Shown: positions 38,101-46,764, numbered from the stretch's first letter. The stretch: 57,342 bases of DNA from Verrucomicrobiales bacterium (GCA_043757865.1 JAYVOP010000235.1:1-57342); one strand, 5' to 3'. Program-made: numbers and translations. The notes: a model not told the origin generated them from the letters alone.

Positions 38101-38321
38101 ATCAGGGCACTCTCAATCGGCTGCGTGACGCGCGCTTCCGTCTCCTCTGGGGCCAGCCCAGGCGCTTCCGTGAGGATGATGACCGTTGGTTTTGTCAAAT
38201 CAGGCAGCACTTCTACTGGCAATTCCTTCACGGCCTGAAAGCCCATCACCATCAGCAGGATGGAGAGGCCAATGATAATTGCTCGGTTGGCCAGCGACCA
38301 TTTAATGAGTTTGTTGAGCAT
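35184..38321 (-). CDS. CusA/CzcA family heavy-metal efflux RND transporter (second, different subfamily)
   Basis: LPVEVLPDLT.PTV.I.TEAPGLAPEE.E, NSMTLGGLAVAIGMVVDDAIVDVEN, ERL.PVLMTAL.AG.GL.PL and GKEIL.PVAVVIVGGL.TST motifs; 1045 aa. Confidence 0.93.
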   Translation of the reverse strand: MLNKLIKWSLANRAIIIGLSILLMVMGFQAVKELPVEVLPDLTKPTVIILTEAPGLAPEETEARVTQPIESALMGVGGLTRIRSNSDVALSLVFAEFAWGTDIYKARTLVQERMQEVREQLPKGVAPFMTPVASLMGEILLVGIRSTDGKMPPREIRSLADWTVRRRLQSISGIAEILNMGGGVKQIEIQADPYRMQANGVSYEQLEKAAQEAASTTTGGFINTGSTEIMVRNLAMTVQLDDIAEVVIKKVNDRPIAISDVAKVEWGIEPMRGDASINGTPGVIMSITKAPGFDTTKLTEQIKAALDGLKATLPPGVETVLLFQQKDFIDHAINNLKEAIRDGAIMVTIVIFLFLLNFRTTFITLMAMPLSFAMTLLTFKYLGISVNSMTLGGLAVAIGMVVDDAIVDVENVYRRLLENAALATPHPKLQVIAQASGEVRNSILYATLLIILVFLPLLGLSGVEGKLFAPIALATIISMIASFLVSLAAIPVLCSFLLNPKHGKEHKDGFITRGMKWVLEHVMLRFGLDQPLILLTAVVGLVIAAFSLYPKMGKDFLPAFKEETALISTTSAPGTSLEEMNKICDVVEQLILSIPEVKQVGRRLGRAERGDHVVPVSTAEFDVDFRGEDGAQRSKQRGRKEILDEIRAKIKTVPGTFSVLTGPLADRIGHMLSGVSAPVAVKIFGPDLDKLRQIGTEVQAVAKTVPGFEDAKLDQQSSIPQLRIEADRARAKAYGIAPGHLNEQLSALIGGKEVAELRDGQKTVNLVLRLPVEWRDSPEKIASLPIENGAGQRVFVGQVADVREAKGPNVINRENSQRRFAVAIKPTNRDVGESVKILQAKVAEKVKLPEGYFISYEGEFQAQKEASERIALLSAVVFIIIAFLLYGYFRTPFFAMQVLCDIPLALVGGLALTYWKLSNISIATLVGFIAVAGVAARNSIMLISHYLHLMQHEGEQFTKAMVIRGTKERLVPVLMTALSAGIGLIPLVLAADQPGKEILHPVAVVIVGGLITSTLLGLGVTPTVFFTFGRKAAAKSIELQSAASH

Positions 38322-38324
38322 GGG

Positions 38325-39455
38325 CTACGCTGCCTCCTTGGTGGATATTTTGGACTGCGTGCCTTTTAGCAACGTCGCCACCAAGAGCGCTGCTAACACA
38401 CCGCTGATGATCTTCCAGAGCATTCCGCCACCTTCTTCGTGGTCGTGCTCTGCACCGTTGTGTTCCGCCGCTTTGGCTTGCTTTTGGGAGGCCGTGAGTT
38501 CAGATCCATCCTCGTTATGTTCATGCCCATGCGCTGCATCCAGTGCGGCTTTTAGCGACACGCTGCCGCCACCAGCAAAGGCTAGCGAATACGCCCCCTT
38601 GGTCACTACCTCATCACCCGGCAGCAGCCCATTGGTGATTTCTACAAATCGATCGTTCGTCTGCCCCACCTCCACCATGGTCTTGATGAAGGCATGTTTT
38701 AGTTCAAAATGTTTGACATAAACGAACCGATTGGCCGCCTCTCCTTGCAGCGCCATCCGCGGCACAGCCTGCACCGCGTCTCGTTTGCTTAGCACGATGG
38801 AGAACTCCGCTCTCATGCCAGGGCGGATGGTTAGGTTAGGATTCGGCAGTTTGAAAATGGCATCTATCGTGCCACTCTCGCGATCCGCTTCCGTGCCAAA
38901 ACGCATCAGCTCGCCCTCGAAATTTTCCTCCGGCAGAGCGATCACTTTGATGTGGGCCACGGTGCCCGGTTTCATGCGTCCCACTTGTTGTTCCGGGACG
39001 CGCGCGATGGCGAAGACAGCGCTCAGATCCGTGATTTCCAAGAGCGTGGCCCCAGGTTCCAGGGGCTCGCCCAGCGCCACATTTCCCTTGGTCAGTAGCC
39101 CGCCTGCAGCCGCCTTGAGCGAGATCGTAGGCGGCGGATCACCCGGCTGCCGACTCTCTAAGCGGGCCACCTCCGCGCCCGCCTCCACCTTGTCTCCTAA
39201 CGCGACTTTGAGTTCCACGATGCGGCCAGGGATGCGGCTACTCACGCCACTTCGACGCGCTGGATCGGCTTCGATCCGGCCTAGTGAGAAAATGGATTCT
39301 TCGAAATCAGCATCTTCAACTTCCACAGTTTCGATGCGCAAATTTTTCACGCCAGTGGCATCAAGCACCACAGTATTGGCAGCACTTTTGGCGTCGCCTG
39401 CCGCCAACGAAAGATGATAGGGCGCGAGCGCGAGAATGAGCAAAAGACGTTTCAT
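38325..39455 (-). CDS. RND periplasmic adaptor (CzcB/CusB-like) lacking the alpha-hairpin, with His-rich and TM C-terminus
   Basis: SSRIPGRIVEL.V.LGD.V..G..VA.LES joined via RQPGDPPP to ISLKA...G......V.LGE.LEPG..L.EI.DL. Also GT.A.RESGTI, L.RPGMRAE, VP..A, G.....F.EI..GL.PGD.VVT.GAY.L, then HGHEH..HDHE and a TM helix. Confidence 0.9.
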   Translation of the reverse strand: MKRLLLILALAPYHLSLAAGDAKSAANTVVLDATGVKNLRIETVEVEDADFEESIFSLGRIEADPARRSGVSSRIPGRIVELKVALGDKVEAGAEVARLESRQPGDPPPTISLKAAAGGLLTKGNVALGEPLEPGATLLEITDLSAVFAIARVPEQQVGRMKPGTVAHIKVIALPEENFEGELMRFGTEADRESGTIDAIFKLPNPNLTIRPGMRAEFSIVLSKRDAVQAVPRMALQGEAANRFVYVKHFELKHAFIKTMVEVGQTNDRFVEITNGLLPGDEVVTKGAYSLAFAGGGSVSLKAALDAAHGHEHNEDGSELTASQKQAKAAEHNGAEHDHEEGGGMLWKIISGVLAALLVATLLKGTQSKISTKEAA

Positions 39456-39491
39456 GTAATCAGATAGGAAATAAAGTTGATGGTAAATTTT

Positions 39492-40709
39492 TTAGCGCCC
39501 CATGGCGGCGTTGTAGCGGATGCGGGCCAGATGATAGGCACGCAGCGCGTCCACTTTGGCTTGTTCCAGAGCTAGGCGTTTTTCCCTGGACCGCAGCACA
39601 TCGGTGAGTTGGGAGCCGGGCTGCCCGTTCTTGTAATTCAGGAGAAATTTCTCTTCGAGTTCCAGCGCTTTGGGCAGCAGCTTGTTGGTTGTTTGATCCA
39701 GAATCCGCTGGGCAGCAGTCATTTCGCCTAGGGCAGCAGCGGCTTCTGCGCGGATGTTAGCGGCTAGCGCTTCCGCTTCTTTTCCCGCACGAGCTGCGGT
39801 GGCTTCTGCTTCCACAATCTTGCCTTCGTTCTTGTTCCAAAACGGAAGCGGCAGGGAAAATTTGATGCCAATGAAACCATCCCTTTGCAGCCCATCGGGA
39901 GCATCTTCGGAACGATCTAGCTCCGCTGTCAGGCCGATCCCAGCGTCCTGCCATTTATTGGCCTTGGCCAGCGCTATCCCCTGTTGGGCCGCCTCCGTCC
40001 GCGACTGGGCCGCACAATAATCAGGCCGTGCTGCTAGGTCGGGATTGGCATCACGGGGCAAGGTCGCCTCTGGCAGACTCCCGGTAAATTCCGCCGACTG
40101 TGTAGCCGCCAGCCCCATGAGAGGTCGGGCTTCTCCTAGTAACACTGCCTGCTCAGATTCCAATTGCAGTAAATCGAGCGATAGCTGCTGCGCCTCCAAT
40201 TCAAACTGAGCGGCCTCCAATGATGATCCCTCGCCAACTGCGGCTATTTTCGAAGCAGATGCAGCTAGCTCCTTGCTAGTAGCAATGAGCTTTTCCTTGA
40301 GCGCCCGGTTCTCACGCAAGCTCAGAATTTTGACTCCCACCATGCGCACAGCAGTCGCCAATTTCCGTTCTGCCGCCTGCACCTCCGCCGTGGCGGCGGC
40401 TAGTTCCGCCTGCCCGACGGCCTTTTCAATGCGCAGTCGATTGGTAAATGGAAAGCGCTGCATGAAGCCCACCCCAAACGAGAACTCACGACCTCTCACA
40501 TTGGGTTTGAGTTCGGATTCCAGTTCAGGATTAGACCGCCTCCCAGCCTGCATCAGCCGCCCACGCGCTTCCTCGATACTGAACCGCGCAGCGGCTAGAT
40601 CGGGATTGTGCTGGAGCGCGTAAGATGCAGCAGAGTCGAGCGTGAAGGGCTCGGCCCGGCCAGCCACGGCAAGGCATAGAAAGGATATACAAAGGGTCAG
40701 ACGAAACAT
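39492..40709 (-). CDS. TolC-family outer membrane factor
   Basis: Signal peptide, AL.HNPDL.AAR..I..A.GR..QAG...NPEL, L..RPD..AA and FSLPLPFWNKNEG.I.EA.A motifs. Confidence 0.92.
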   Translation of the reverse strand: MFRLTLCISFLCLAVAGRAEPFTLDSAASYALQHNPDLAAARFSIEEARGRLMQAGRRSNPELESELKPNVRGREFSFGVGFMQRFPFTNRLRIEKAVGQAELAAATAEVQAAERKLATAVRMVGVKILSLRENRALKEKLIATSKELAASASKIAAVGEGSSLEAAQFELEAQQLSLDLLQLESEQAVLLGEARPLMGLAATQSAEFTGSLPEATLPRDANPDLAARPDYCAAQSRTEAAQQGIALAKANKWQDAGIGLTAELDRSEDAPDGLQRDGFIGIKFSLPLPFWNKNEGKIVEAEATAARAGKEAEALAANIRAEAAAALGEMTAAQRILDQTTNKLLPKALELEEKFLLNYKNGQPGSQLTDVLRSREKRLALEQAKVDALRAYHLARIRYNAAMGR

Positions 40710-40820
40710 GAAAATGAAGTGGTTGGGTGATGGAATGTCGGCACGGCCAAGCCGTGAATTTTCGACATCAGGAAATCGGCATCACCCTTTCCGGGTGATA
40801 AGGCCGTGCTTTCACATCGC

Positions 40821-41285
40821 TCAAACCAACATCACGATCGTCTGTGCCACGAGCTGTGACATCGGCGGGCTCCCATATTCAGGAGGCTCCAGCAGACCAA
40901 TGCACGGGCACTGTAATGCCAGCATCTCACTGAAATCTGGCATTTCATAAGTTACGGGCAAATCGAACAAGGCCGGCGGGGGCAGCGACAACGCGGGCGG
41001 GAAACTGGTGACGACCAGCGATTTTCTCAGCTCAGTATGCTTGTGATCATCGTGCCCACCTTGAAGTGGGGTTTGCTGGCTCTCGCCTGCGGAAGTGGCA
41101 ACATTTCCACCAAATCTGCACTCATGGGCATCGTGGGAATGACACTCCGAAGCAGCACAATCCGCCTTCTCCACCCTCTCGCCCGTGCATCCGCAAAGAA
41201 AACCAGCCCTCAAGCCCACAACCTGTCCCAGCCCGACCGCAATCACGGTCAGACAAATCAACAAGCATTTGACGATTTTGGGCAT
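40821..41285 (-). CDS. Cys/His-rich membrane-targeted leader protein upstream of efflux operon 2
   Basis: Probable start ATG 41285. N-terminal TM, CGC..C...CHSHDAHEC, HDDHKH, Pro-rich segment, ending GSPP...AQTIVMLV. Confidence 0.7.
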   Translation of the reverse strand: MPKIVKCLLICLTVIAVGLGQVVGLRAGFLCGCTGERVEKADCAASECHSHDAHECRFGGNVATSAGESQQTPLQGGHDDHKHTELRKSLVVTSFPPALSLPPPALFDLPVTYEMPDFSEMLALQCPCIGLLEPPEYGSPPMSQLVAQTIVMLV

Positions 41286-41421
41286 TTTCGGAATGAGGCC
41301 ATCACAGTGGACAAATTGCAAGACGAATTAAAAGCACAAGTCGCCCTAGCGGCCTCCGACTCCGCGCGCCTACGCCACTCTGAACTTGCGTGGGCGCTGC
41401 CATCCGCCACGGTGCGCGCTC

Positions 41422-44400
41422 ATGTCACTGCTCCCTATTTCCTCACTCGTCGTGCTTCTTTCCTGGCCAACCCTCGCGTTGGCGCAACGGGATCTGAAAG
41501 ATATTCCTGATGCTAACCCGGATGCGGAGCAGGCCGCGCTGAAGTTAGCTCCTGGGCTGAAGCTGAATCTCTGGGCGTCCGATCCTATGATCGCCAAGCC
41601 CATCCAAGAAGCCTGGGATGCCAAGGGCCGACTCTGGATCGCCAGCAGCGCCATTTATCCGCAGGTGAAACCGGGCTCCACTGCCGATGATAAAATCCTG
41701 ATCGTGGAAGACACGGATGGCGATGGTAAAGCGGACAAATGCACCACCTTCTACGATGGCTTGCTGATCCCCACGGGCGTATGGCCGATCATTGATGCGA
41801 GCCTGCCCGCTGGGGCTCCAGGCCGCTACAATGCAGCCTACGTGGCTAACTCCACAGAGGTCATCTTGCTGCGCGACACAGATGGCGATGGCCGGGCGGA
41901 TGATAAGACGATCGTGCTCAGCGGGTTCGGCACGGAGGACACGCACCACATCATTCACACGTTCAAAGGCGGGCCGGATGGCTGTCTATACATCAATCAG
42001 TCCGTCTATATTCACAGTCACATCGAGACGCCGTTCGGCACGCGTCGCATGTTAGGCAGCGGCATTTGGCAGTTGAAACAAGAGACGGGCCAGTTGGAAA
42101 TGTTTTCGTTAGGATTAGTGAACTCCTGGGGCCATGCCTGGGATCGCTGGGGGCAGAGTTTCCAGACGGATGGCGCAGGCGGGGAGGGCATCGACTTCAC
42201 GTGGCCGGGGGCGACGTTTGTAAATTTACCGAACCAGCGCCCGCGCATCCTCCATGGCTTGAATCCGGGGCAACCGAAGCAGGCTGGATTGGAAATCGTG
42301 CAGAGTCGAAATTTCCCTGACGATTGGCAAGGGACGCTGATTACCAATGATTTCCGTGGGCATCGCGTGAACCGTTTTGCCCTGCGCGAGGACAGCAGCG
42401 GCTATGCTTCCCAACAGTTGGCGGATGTGGTGACGACGAATCACGGAGCCTTCCGTCCGGTGGATGTGCGCATGGGGCCGGAGGGCGCGTTGTATCTGGC
42501 GGATTGGTATAACCCCATCATCCAACATGGCGAGGTGGACTTCCGGGATGACCGCCGAGACCATGTGCATGGCCGGATCTGGCGGCTGACGTATGAAGGA
42601 CGCCCGTTGGCGAAATTGCCTAACTATGAGAAATTGAACGCCACGGAACTCGTGGCGCTGCTGAACGAGCCCGAAGATCAGACGCGCTACTGGGCGAAGC
42701 AGGAGTTGAAAACCCGCCCGCACGACGCAGCCCTAGCCGCCTTGACGACAGCGAGTGAAAAGCCGCCGACTGACGAATCCAGCACGTTAGTGCGATTGGA
42801 GCATCTGCACGCCGCCGAGACGCTAGGCCATGCCGCCGAGCTAGCGGGTAAGATCAGCGCGCAGCTTCTGTCCAGCCAGGATGGCCGCGCGCGGGCCGCA
42901 GCAGTGCGCTATGCTCGGAACATTGCCCTGGCAGAAGTCGGCACCGCTAAGGCGTTAGGCAAGTCGCATGAGCCGACTGCTGGTGAGCTGGAAATTTTGT
43001 CCAAAGCGGTGGCGGACGCGCATCCTCGCGTCCGTCTGGAAGCCATCAATGCGCTGCGCACGCTCAACACTCCGGCCACCGTGGAGCTGGCGTTTACCGC
43101 CATGAAACAGCCCGTGGATGTGAATCTGGACTATGCGCTGTGGCTCACGGCGTGGGAGTTGGCGGACGTTTGGCTGCCCGCTTTGGAGGCGGGAAAGATC
43201 ACCTTCCAAGGAGATGTGGCGCAACTCACATTCGCGCTCAAAGCCGCTTCCCATAAGCCACAGGCGGCCTCGGCTTTGGTGAAATTAATCCGTGAGGACA
43301 AGATCCCGCAGGCGAATCTCAGTGCGCTGTTAGGCTTCATTGCCGAGGCCGGGCGGGCAGATGATCTGACGCTGCTGCTAGAGTTAGCGGCGGACTCACC
43401 GAAGTTGGCGGAAGCCCAACGTGCGGAGGTCTTGAACGCGCTGGGCCATGCCTTCCAGCAACGCAAACTCAAGCCCACGGGCGAGTTGAATCGCATTGAG
43501 TCTTTGCTCAGCCACGCTGCACCAGCCCTGCAAACTGCCGCCGCTAAGCTGGCAGGCGCTTGGAAATTAGAGTCTGCACGCGGAGCCTTGCAATCGCTGG
43601 CCAGTGCGCCCGCCACCGCTGCGGACGTGCGCCAAGGCGCGCTGGAAGGCATCGCCAGCTTAGGTGGAAATGATTTCCTGCATCAGTTAGCCTCCTCCGC
43701 CGCCACGCCGGAGATCCAGGTGGCCGCGCTAAGTTTATTGGCCGCTAGCAAGCCGGAAGACAGCGCGACTGAGGCCGTGAAATTACTCACCACGTTAGGC
43801 GAACACCCAGATTTAGGCATCGCGTTGATCCAAAGTTTCCTGAAATCCACCACTGGTCCCGCTGCGCTAACGGCGGCGTTGAAAGACCACCATTTACCCG
43901 CCGCGATCGCTACTGCGGGCGTGCAAAAGGCCGCTGCGGCGGGCACGAACACCACGGAACTACAAGCCGCCTTGACCGCTGCGGGCAGCCTCCAGCCGAT
44001 GTCCCAGCAGCTCACCCCAGAGGCGATGAGTGCGCTACTAGCCGAAGTCAAATCCGCGGGCGATCCCGCCCGGGGCGAGGCTGTGTATCGTCGCGCAGCG
44101 CTCACGTGCAACGTCTGCCATGCCATCGGTGCGGCGGGCGGCATCATCGGGCCTAACTTGGTGAGCCTGGGGGCCAGCGCTCCGGTGGACTACATTGTGG
44201 AATCGCTGTTAGAGCCCAGCAAGAAGATCAAAGAAGGCTATGCCACCACGGTGGTAACGATGAAGAACAACGAGGTGGTGACGGGCTTTCTCAGTGCCGT
44301 TTCCGATGCCGCCCTGACGATCCGGGACGCCACGGGCAAGCTAACGCAGGTGCCCAAGGATCAAGTGGCCAAGCAGGAAAACGTGCCCATTTCCCTCATG

Positions 44401-44949
44401 CCGTTAGGCCTGATGGCTAGCCTGCGGCATGATGAATTCGTAGATCTGGTGCGATTCCTTTCCGAGTTAGGAAAAGAGGGCGATTACAAGCTCAAGGGAG
44501 AGCAACTGATCCGTCGGTGGCGGGTGCTGAACTATGCAGACGCGCTGCAAGCGCCCATCAATCAAGACGGCTGGCGCACGCTGGGCCAGCCCCACGCGGA
44601 TTTCCCGTGGACGCCCGCGTATAGCCAAGTCAGTGGCCGCCTGCCCGGCACGGACATTCCGAAGTTCCAAGCCTTTATCCACAAAATGTCCGCCACCCAA
44701 TGCGAGATCGAAGCCACCACCGCAGGCTCGCTAGGCTTGCGCGTCAACGATGCTACGGCCATGCATTTGTTTATTGGCGACAAGGAAGTGGCGCTCGAAA
44801 AGAACCAAGCCGTCTTCCCCGTTACCGTGGGCAAACACACGTTGACCATCGCCTGGGATCACAGTCAACGAAGCGCGGATTTCCTCACCGCCGAACTCTT
44901 CGAGCCAGCCACCCAGGCCGCCCACGCGCAGCCTGTGGGCGGGCCCTAA
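41422..44949 (+). CDS. PVC-type heme-binding CxxCH protein (dehydrogenase-like beta-propeller, HEAT repeats, cytochrome c)
   Basis: WASDP.IAKP....WD.KGRLW, DTDGDG.AD, GFGTEDTHH, N.WG..WD.WG, FRPVD...GP.GALY.ADWYN.IIQHGE, HEAT-like helices, CNVCH and GPNL motifs. Probable start 41422. Confidence 0.92.
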   Translation: MSLLPISSLVVLLSWPTLALAQRDLKDIPDANPDAEQAALKLAPGLKLNLWASDPMIAKPIQEAWDAKGRLWIASSAIYPQVKPGSTADDKILIVEDTDGDGKADKCTTFYDGLLIPTGVWPIIDASLPAGAPGRYNAAYVANSTEVILLRDTDGDGRADDKTIVLSGFGTEDTHHIIHTFKGGPDGCLYINQSVYIHSHIETPFGTRRMLGSGIWQLKQETGQLEMFSLGLVNSWGHAWDRWGQSFQTDGAGGEGIDFTWPGATFVNLPNQRPRILHGLNPGQPKQAGLEIVQSRNFPDDWQGTLITNDFRGHRVNRFALREDSSGYASQQLADVVTTNHGAFRPVDVRMGPEGALYLADWYNPIIQHGEVDFRDDRRDHVHGRIWRLTYEGRPLAKLPNYEKLNATELVALLNEPEDQTRYWAKQELKTRPHDAALAALTTASEKPPTDESSTLVRLEHLHAAETLGHAAELAGKISAQLLSSQDGRARAAAVRYARNIALAEVGTAKALGKSHEPTAGELEILSKAVADAHPRVRLEAINALRTLNTPATVELAFTAMKQPVDVNLDYALWLTAWELADVWLPALEAGKITFQGDVAQLTFALKAASHKPQAASALVKLIREDKIPQANLSALLGFIAEAGRADDLTLLLELAADSPKLAEAQRAEVLNALGHAFQQRKLKPTGELNRIESLLSHAAPALQTAAAKLAGAWKLESARGALQSLASAPATAADVRQGALEGIASLGGNDFLHQLASSAATPEIQVAALSLLAASKPEDSATEAVKLLTTLGEHPDLGIALIQSFLKSTTGPAALTAALKDHHLPAAIATAGVQKAAAAGTNTTELQAALTAAGSLQPMSQQLTPEAMSALLAEVKSAGDPARGEAVYRRAALTCNVCHAIGAAGGIIGPNLVSLGASAPVDYIVESLLEPSKKIKEGYATTVVTMKNNEVVTGFLSAVSDAALTIRDATGKLTQVPKDQVAKQENVPISLMPLGLMASLRHDEFVDLVRFLSELGKEGDYKLKGEQLIRRWRVLNYADALQAPINQDGWRTLGQPHADFPWTPAYSQVSGRLPGTDIPKFQAFIHKMSATQCEIEATTAGSLGLRVNDATAMHLFIGDKEVALEKNQAVFPVTVGKHTLTIAWDHSQRSADFLTAELFEPATQAAHAQPVGGP

Positions 44950-45011
44950 CTGCAGCGCGTCCCCGCCAAGCCAGCGCTTTAAACATTCGCCCAACCTCGC
45001 AGTCGTCCCGT

Positions 45012-45488
45012 ATGGCCGAAGACTCCTTATCCTTTTTCGCAGTTCCGCCGTTTGGTCGCGTGTGGAGGAGCCTGCTTTGCTGCGTATTTGGGTGGATCGG
45101 CATGATGGCGTATCTGACGTTCCTCTATGTTCCGTTTGCGGCAGATAATCTGCGTTGGTTTAGCATGCCGATGGTGTTCGGCACCTCCTCACTTCCATAC
45201 ATCGGCGGTATGTGGCTCATCCTCGTTCTTCCCCTATTCTGCCTACTGCCACACAGGGCTCCCCTATGGCGATGGTATTTTATTTCTCCAGTGCTGGCCT
45301 TGGTTGGCTTTTTGATGATGTCCGTGCTTTTCAAGTTCGACTACAACCGAACGACGATTAGAGTTGCGAAGTTAGCTGCAATCGTAGGCGGTGCGACAGG
45401 ATTAGCTTGTTCCTTTACCCAACATCGATTATCAAAGCGCCCCAGGGGGGGAACAATAATAGCTACTCCAATTTCCCAGACTATCTAA
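45012..45488 (+). CDS. hypothetical integral membrane protein (about 4 TM)
   Basis: From ATG 45012 (MAEDSLSFF...) there are four hydrophobic stretches. The ORF-track extension to 44700 overlaps the upstream gene and is rejected. Confidence 0.6.
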   Translation: MAEDSLSFFAVPPFGRVWRSLLCCVFGWIGMMAYLTFLYVPFAADNLRWFSMPMVFGTSSLPYIGGMWLILVLPLFCLLPHRAPLWRWYFISPVLALVGFLMMSVLFKFDYNRTTIRVAKLAAIVGGATGLACSFTQHRLSKRPRGGTIIATPISQTI

Positions 45489-45550
45489 AGCGGCTTAGAG
45501 CAGCAATTTCCACTCTTTACAAGTGACCCGCGAGACGTAATTCCTTTAAA

Positions 45551-46027
45551 ATGCAGACGGTTTACATCGAGACGACGATTCCGAGCTACTTGGGCGCACA
45601 CCCAAGTAGTCAGCCGTCCATTACAGCCGATCAGAAGGCCACTCACGAGTGGTGGCAAAACGAGCGCAGCAGGTTTCGCCTCTACACCTCAGTGTTCACG
45701 CTTGATGAGGCTGGCCGTGGTGATGTGGGCGCGGCTGCACGGCGCATGAAGTTCTTGCTGGGTATCCCCGAACTGGACATTCCATCAGAATTCCCGCGCA
45801 TTGAAGGTGACATCATCAAGTTGTTCCGACTGCCACCACGGGCGCACACGGATGCTTCGCATTTGGCCTTGGCTGTTCTACACCGGATGGACTACCTCTT
45901 GACGTGGAACTGCACGCATCTGGCCAATGCCTCTCATCAGAAGGAACTGATGGAGTATTGCATGTATCACAGCCTTCACGTCCCAATCATTTGCACCCCA
46001 GAATCACTAACCGAAGAGCAACCATGA
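45551..46027 (+). CDS. PIN-domain (VapC-like) toxin of a type II TA system
   Basis: VYIETTIPSYL, S.FT..E...GD, DA.HLALA....MDYLLTWNC.HLANA and P.ICTPE.L motifs. Confidence 0.88.
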   Translation: MQTVYIETTIPSYLGAHPSSQPSITADQKATHEWWQNERSRFRLYTSVFTLDEAGRGDVGAAARRMKFLLGIPELDIPSEFPRIEGDIIKLFRLPPRAHTDASHLALAVLHRMDYLLTWNCTHLANASHQKELMEYCMYHSLHVPIICTPESLTEEQP

Positions 46028-46248
46028 AAAACGAGATCATCGAAGAAGTCAGAGAAGCGCGTGCCGCGCTCGCAGCCGAACACGGTTACGATCGCCAGCT
46101 GATTTACGAGTGGGCAAGAGCTACCACAGCAGCCCACAAGCAAGCCCACCGTGCTGGCCCGGACCATACGCTGGAGACAACAGACGGGGCAGCAGTGTCT
46201 CCGGTAACGCGAAAGCGAGGTGTGCGCCCAGCCCATGTCTCAGCTTAA
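46024..46248 (+). CDS. putative antitoxin partner of the PIN toxin
   Basis: ATGA overlap with the toxin stop. MKNEIIEEVREARAALAAEHGYD..LIY resembles the small downstream partners of this PIN family. The C-terminal tail reads through the attC-like hairpin. Confidence 0.7.
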   Translation: MKNEIIEEVREARAALAAEHGYDRQLIYEWARATTAAHKQAHRAGPDHTLETTDGAAVSPVTRKRGVRPAHVSA

Positions 46249-46257
46249 ACGTCCGGC
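46158..46257 (+). mobile_element. attC-like recombination site (integron cassette type) with atypical GAC/GTC core
   Basis: R'' cccggac (46158-64), 5 nt, L'' gctggaga (46170-77), central arm with cgc-gaaa-gcg loop, L' tctcagc (46238-44), 6 nt, R' gtccggc (46251-57). The extra G in L'' is the expected extrahelical base. Confidence 0.6.
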
Positions 46258-46764
46258 AACACTCTTAATTCTTCGCACAAGTCCGCTAGACACTACATAC
46301 TCGCAAGCCTTGTATTTTGGACCATTACTGCTCTACAGGGAACCGTTACTGCAAATACTCTGCCAATTGAAATAACAGTCGAAGCGCTAGTTGATGGCCC
46401 GTCCACACTGCATATCACAGCAAAAGGCGTGTATTGGACGAATGGCTGGGCTGCCAAACCCGGGCGCTATGGAGCTAAGAATTACCCAACCTCAATCAAC
46501 GGGAAGGATTGGACGCCAAAATGGAACAAGAATGGAGACGACCGTGGGGAAGATACGAGTGACCTTTATGCTCTCGACATACCCCAAACGATATATGAGT
46601 TAGAAATACTTGGCATTAGTGATCGCAAGGGTGGCAATAAGAAGGACAAACGCACCGCGCTTGGACTTGTCCGCAGAAAGGGCGAGCTTTGCTTGGACAT
46701 TCCAGACCCCGAAGCTGGTGCGAAGTGGTATAAGATCAAGCTCAAGCCGATCAAACCCAAGTGA
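46249..46764 (+). CDS. hypothetical secreted protein, start codon missing or non-canonical
   Basis: The frame is open from 46249 and reads ...KSARHYILASLVFWTITALQGTVTA-NTLPIEITVEALVDGPSTLHITAKGVYWTNGW... (signal-peptide-like) with no ATG before the track start at GTG 46429. Confidence 0.55.
   Translation, partial: TSGNTLNSSHKSARHYILASLVFWTITALQGTVTANTLPIEITVEALVDGPSTLHITAKGVYWTNGWAAKPGRYGAKNYPTSINGKDWTPKWNKNGDDRGEDTSDLYALDIPQTIYELEILGISDRKGGNKKDKRTALGLVRRKGELCLDIPDPEAGAKWYKIKLKPIKPK

Noticed and set aside
45417-45510. attC between the membrane gene and the toxin (ACCCAAC present)
   Set aside because: No matching GTTRRRY or L-box pairing found downstream.
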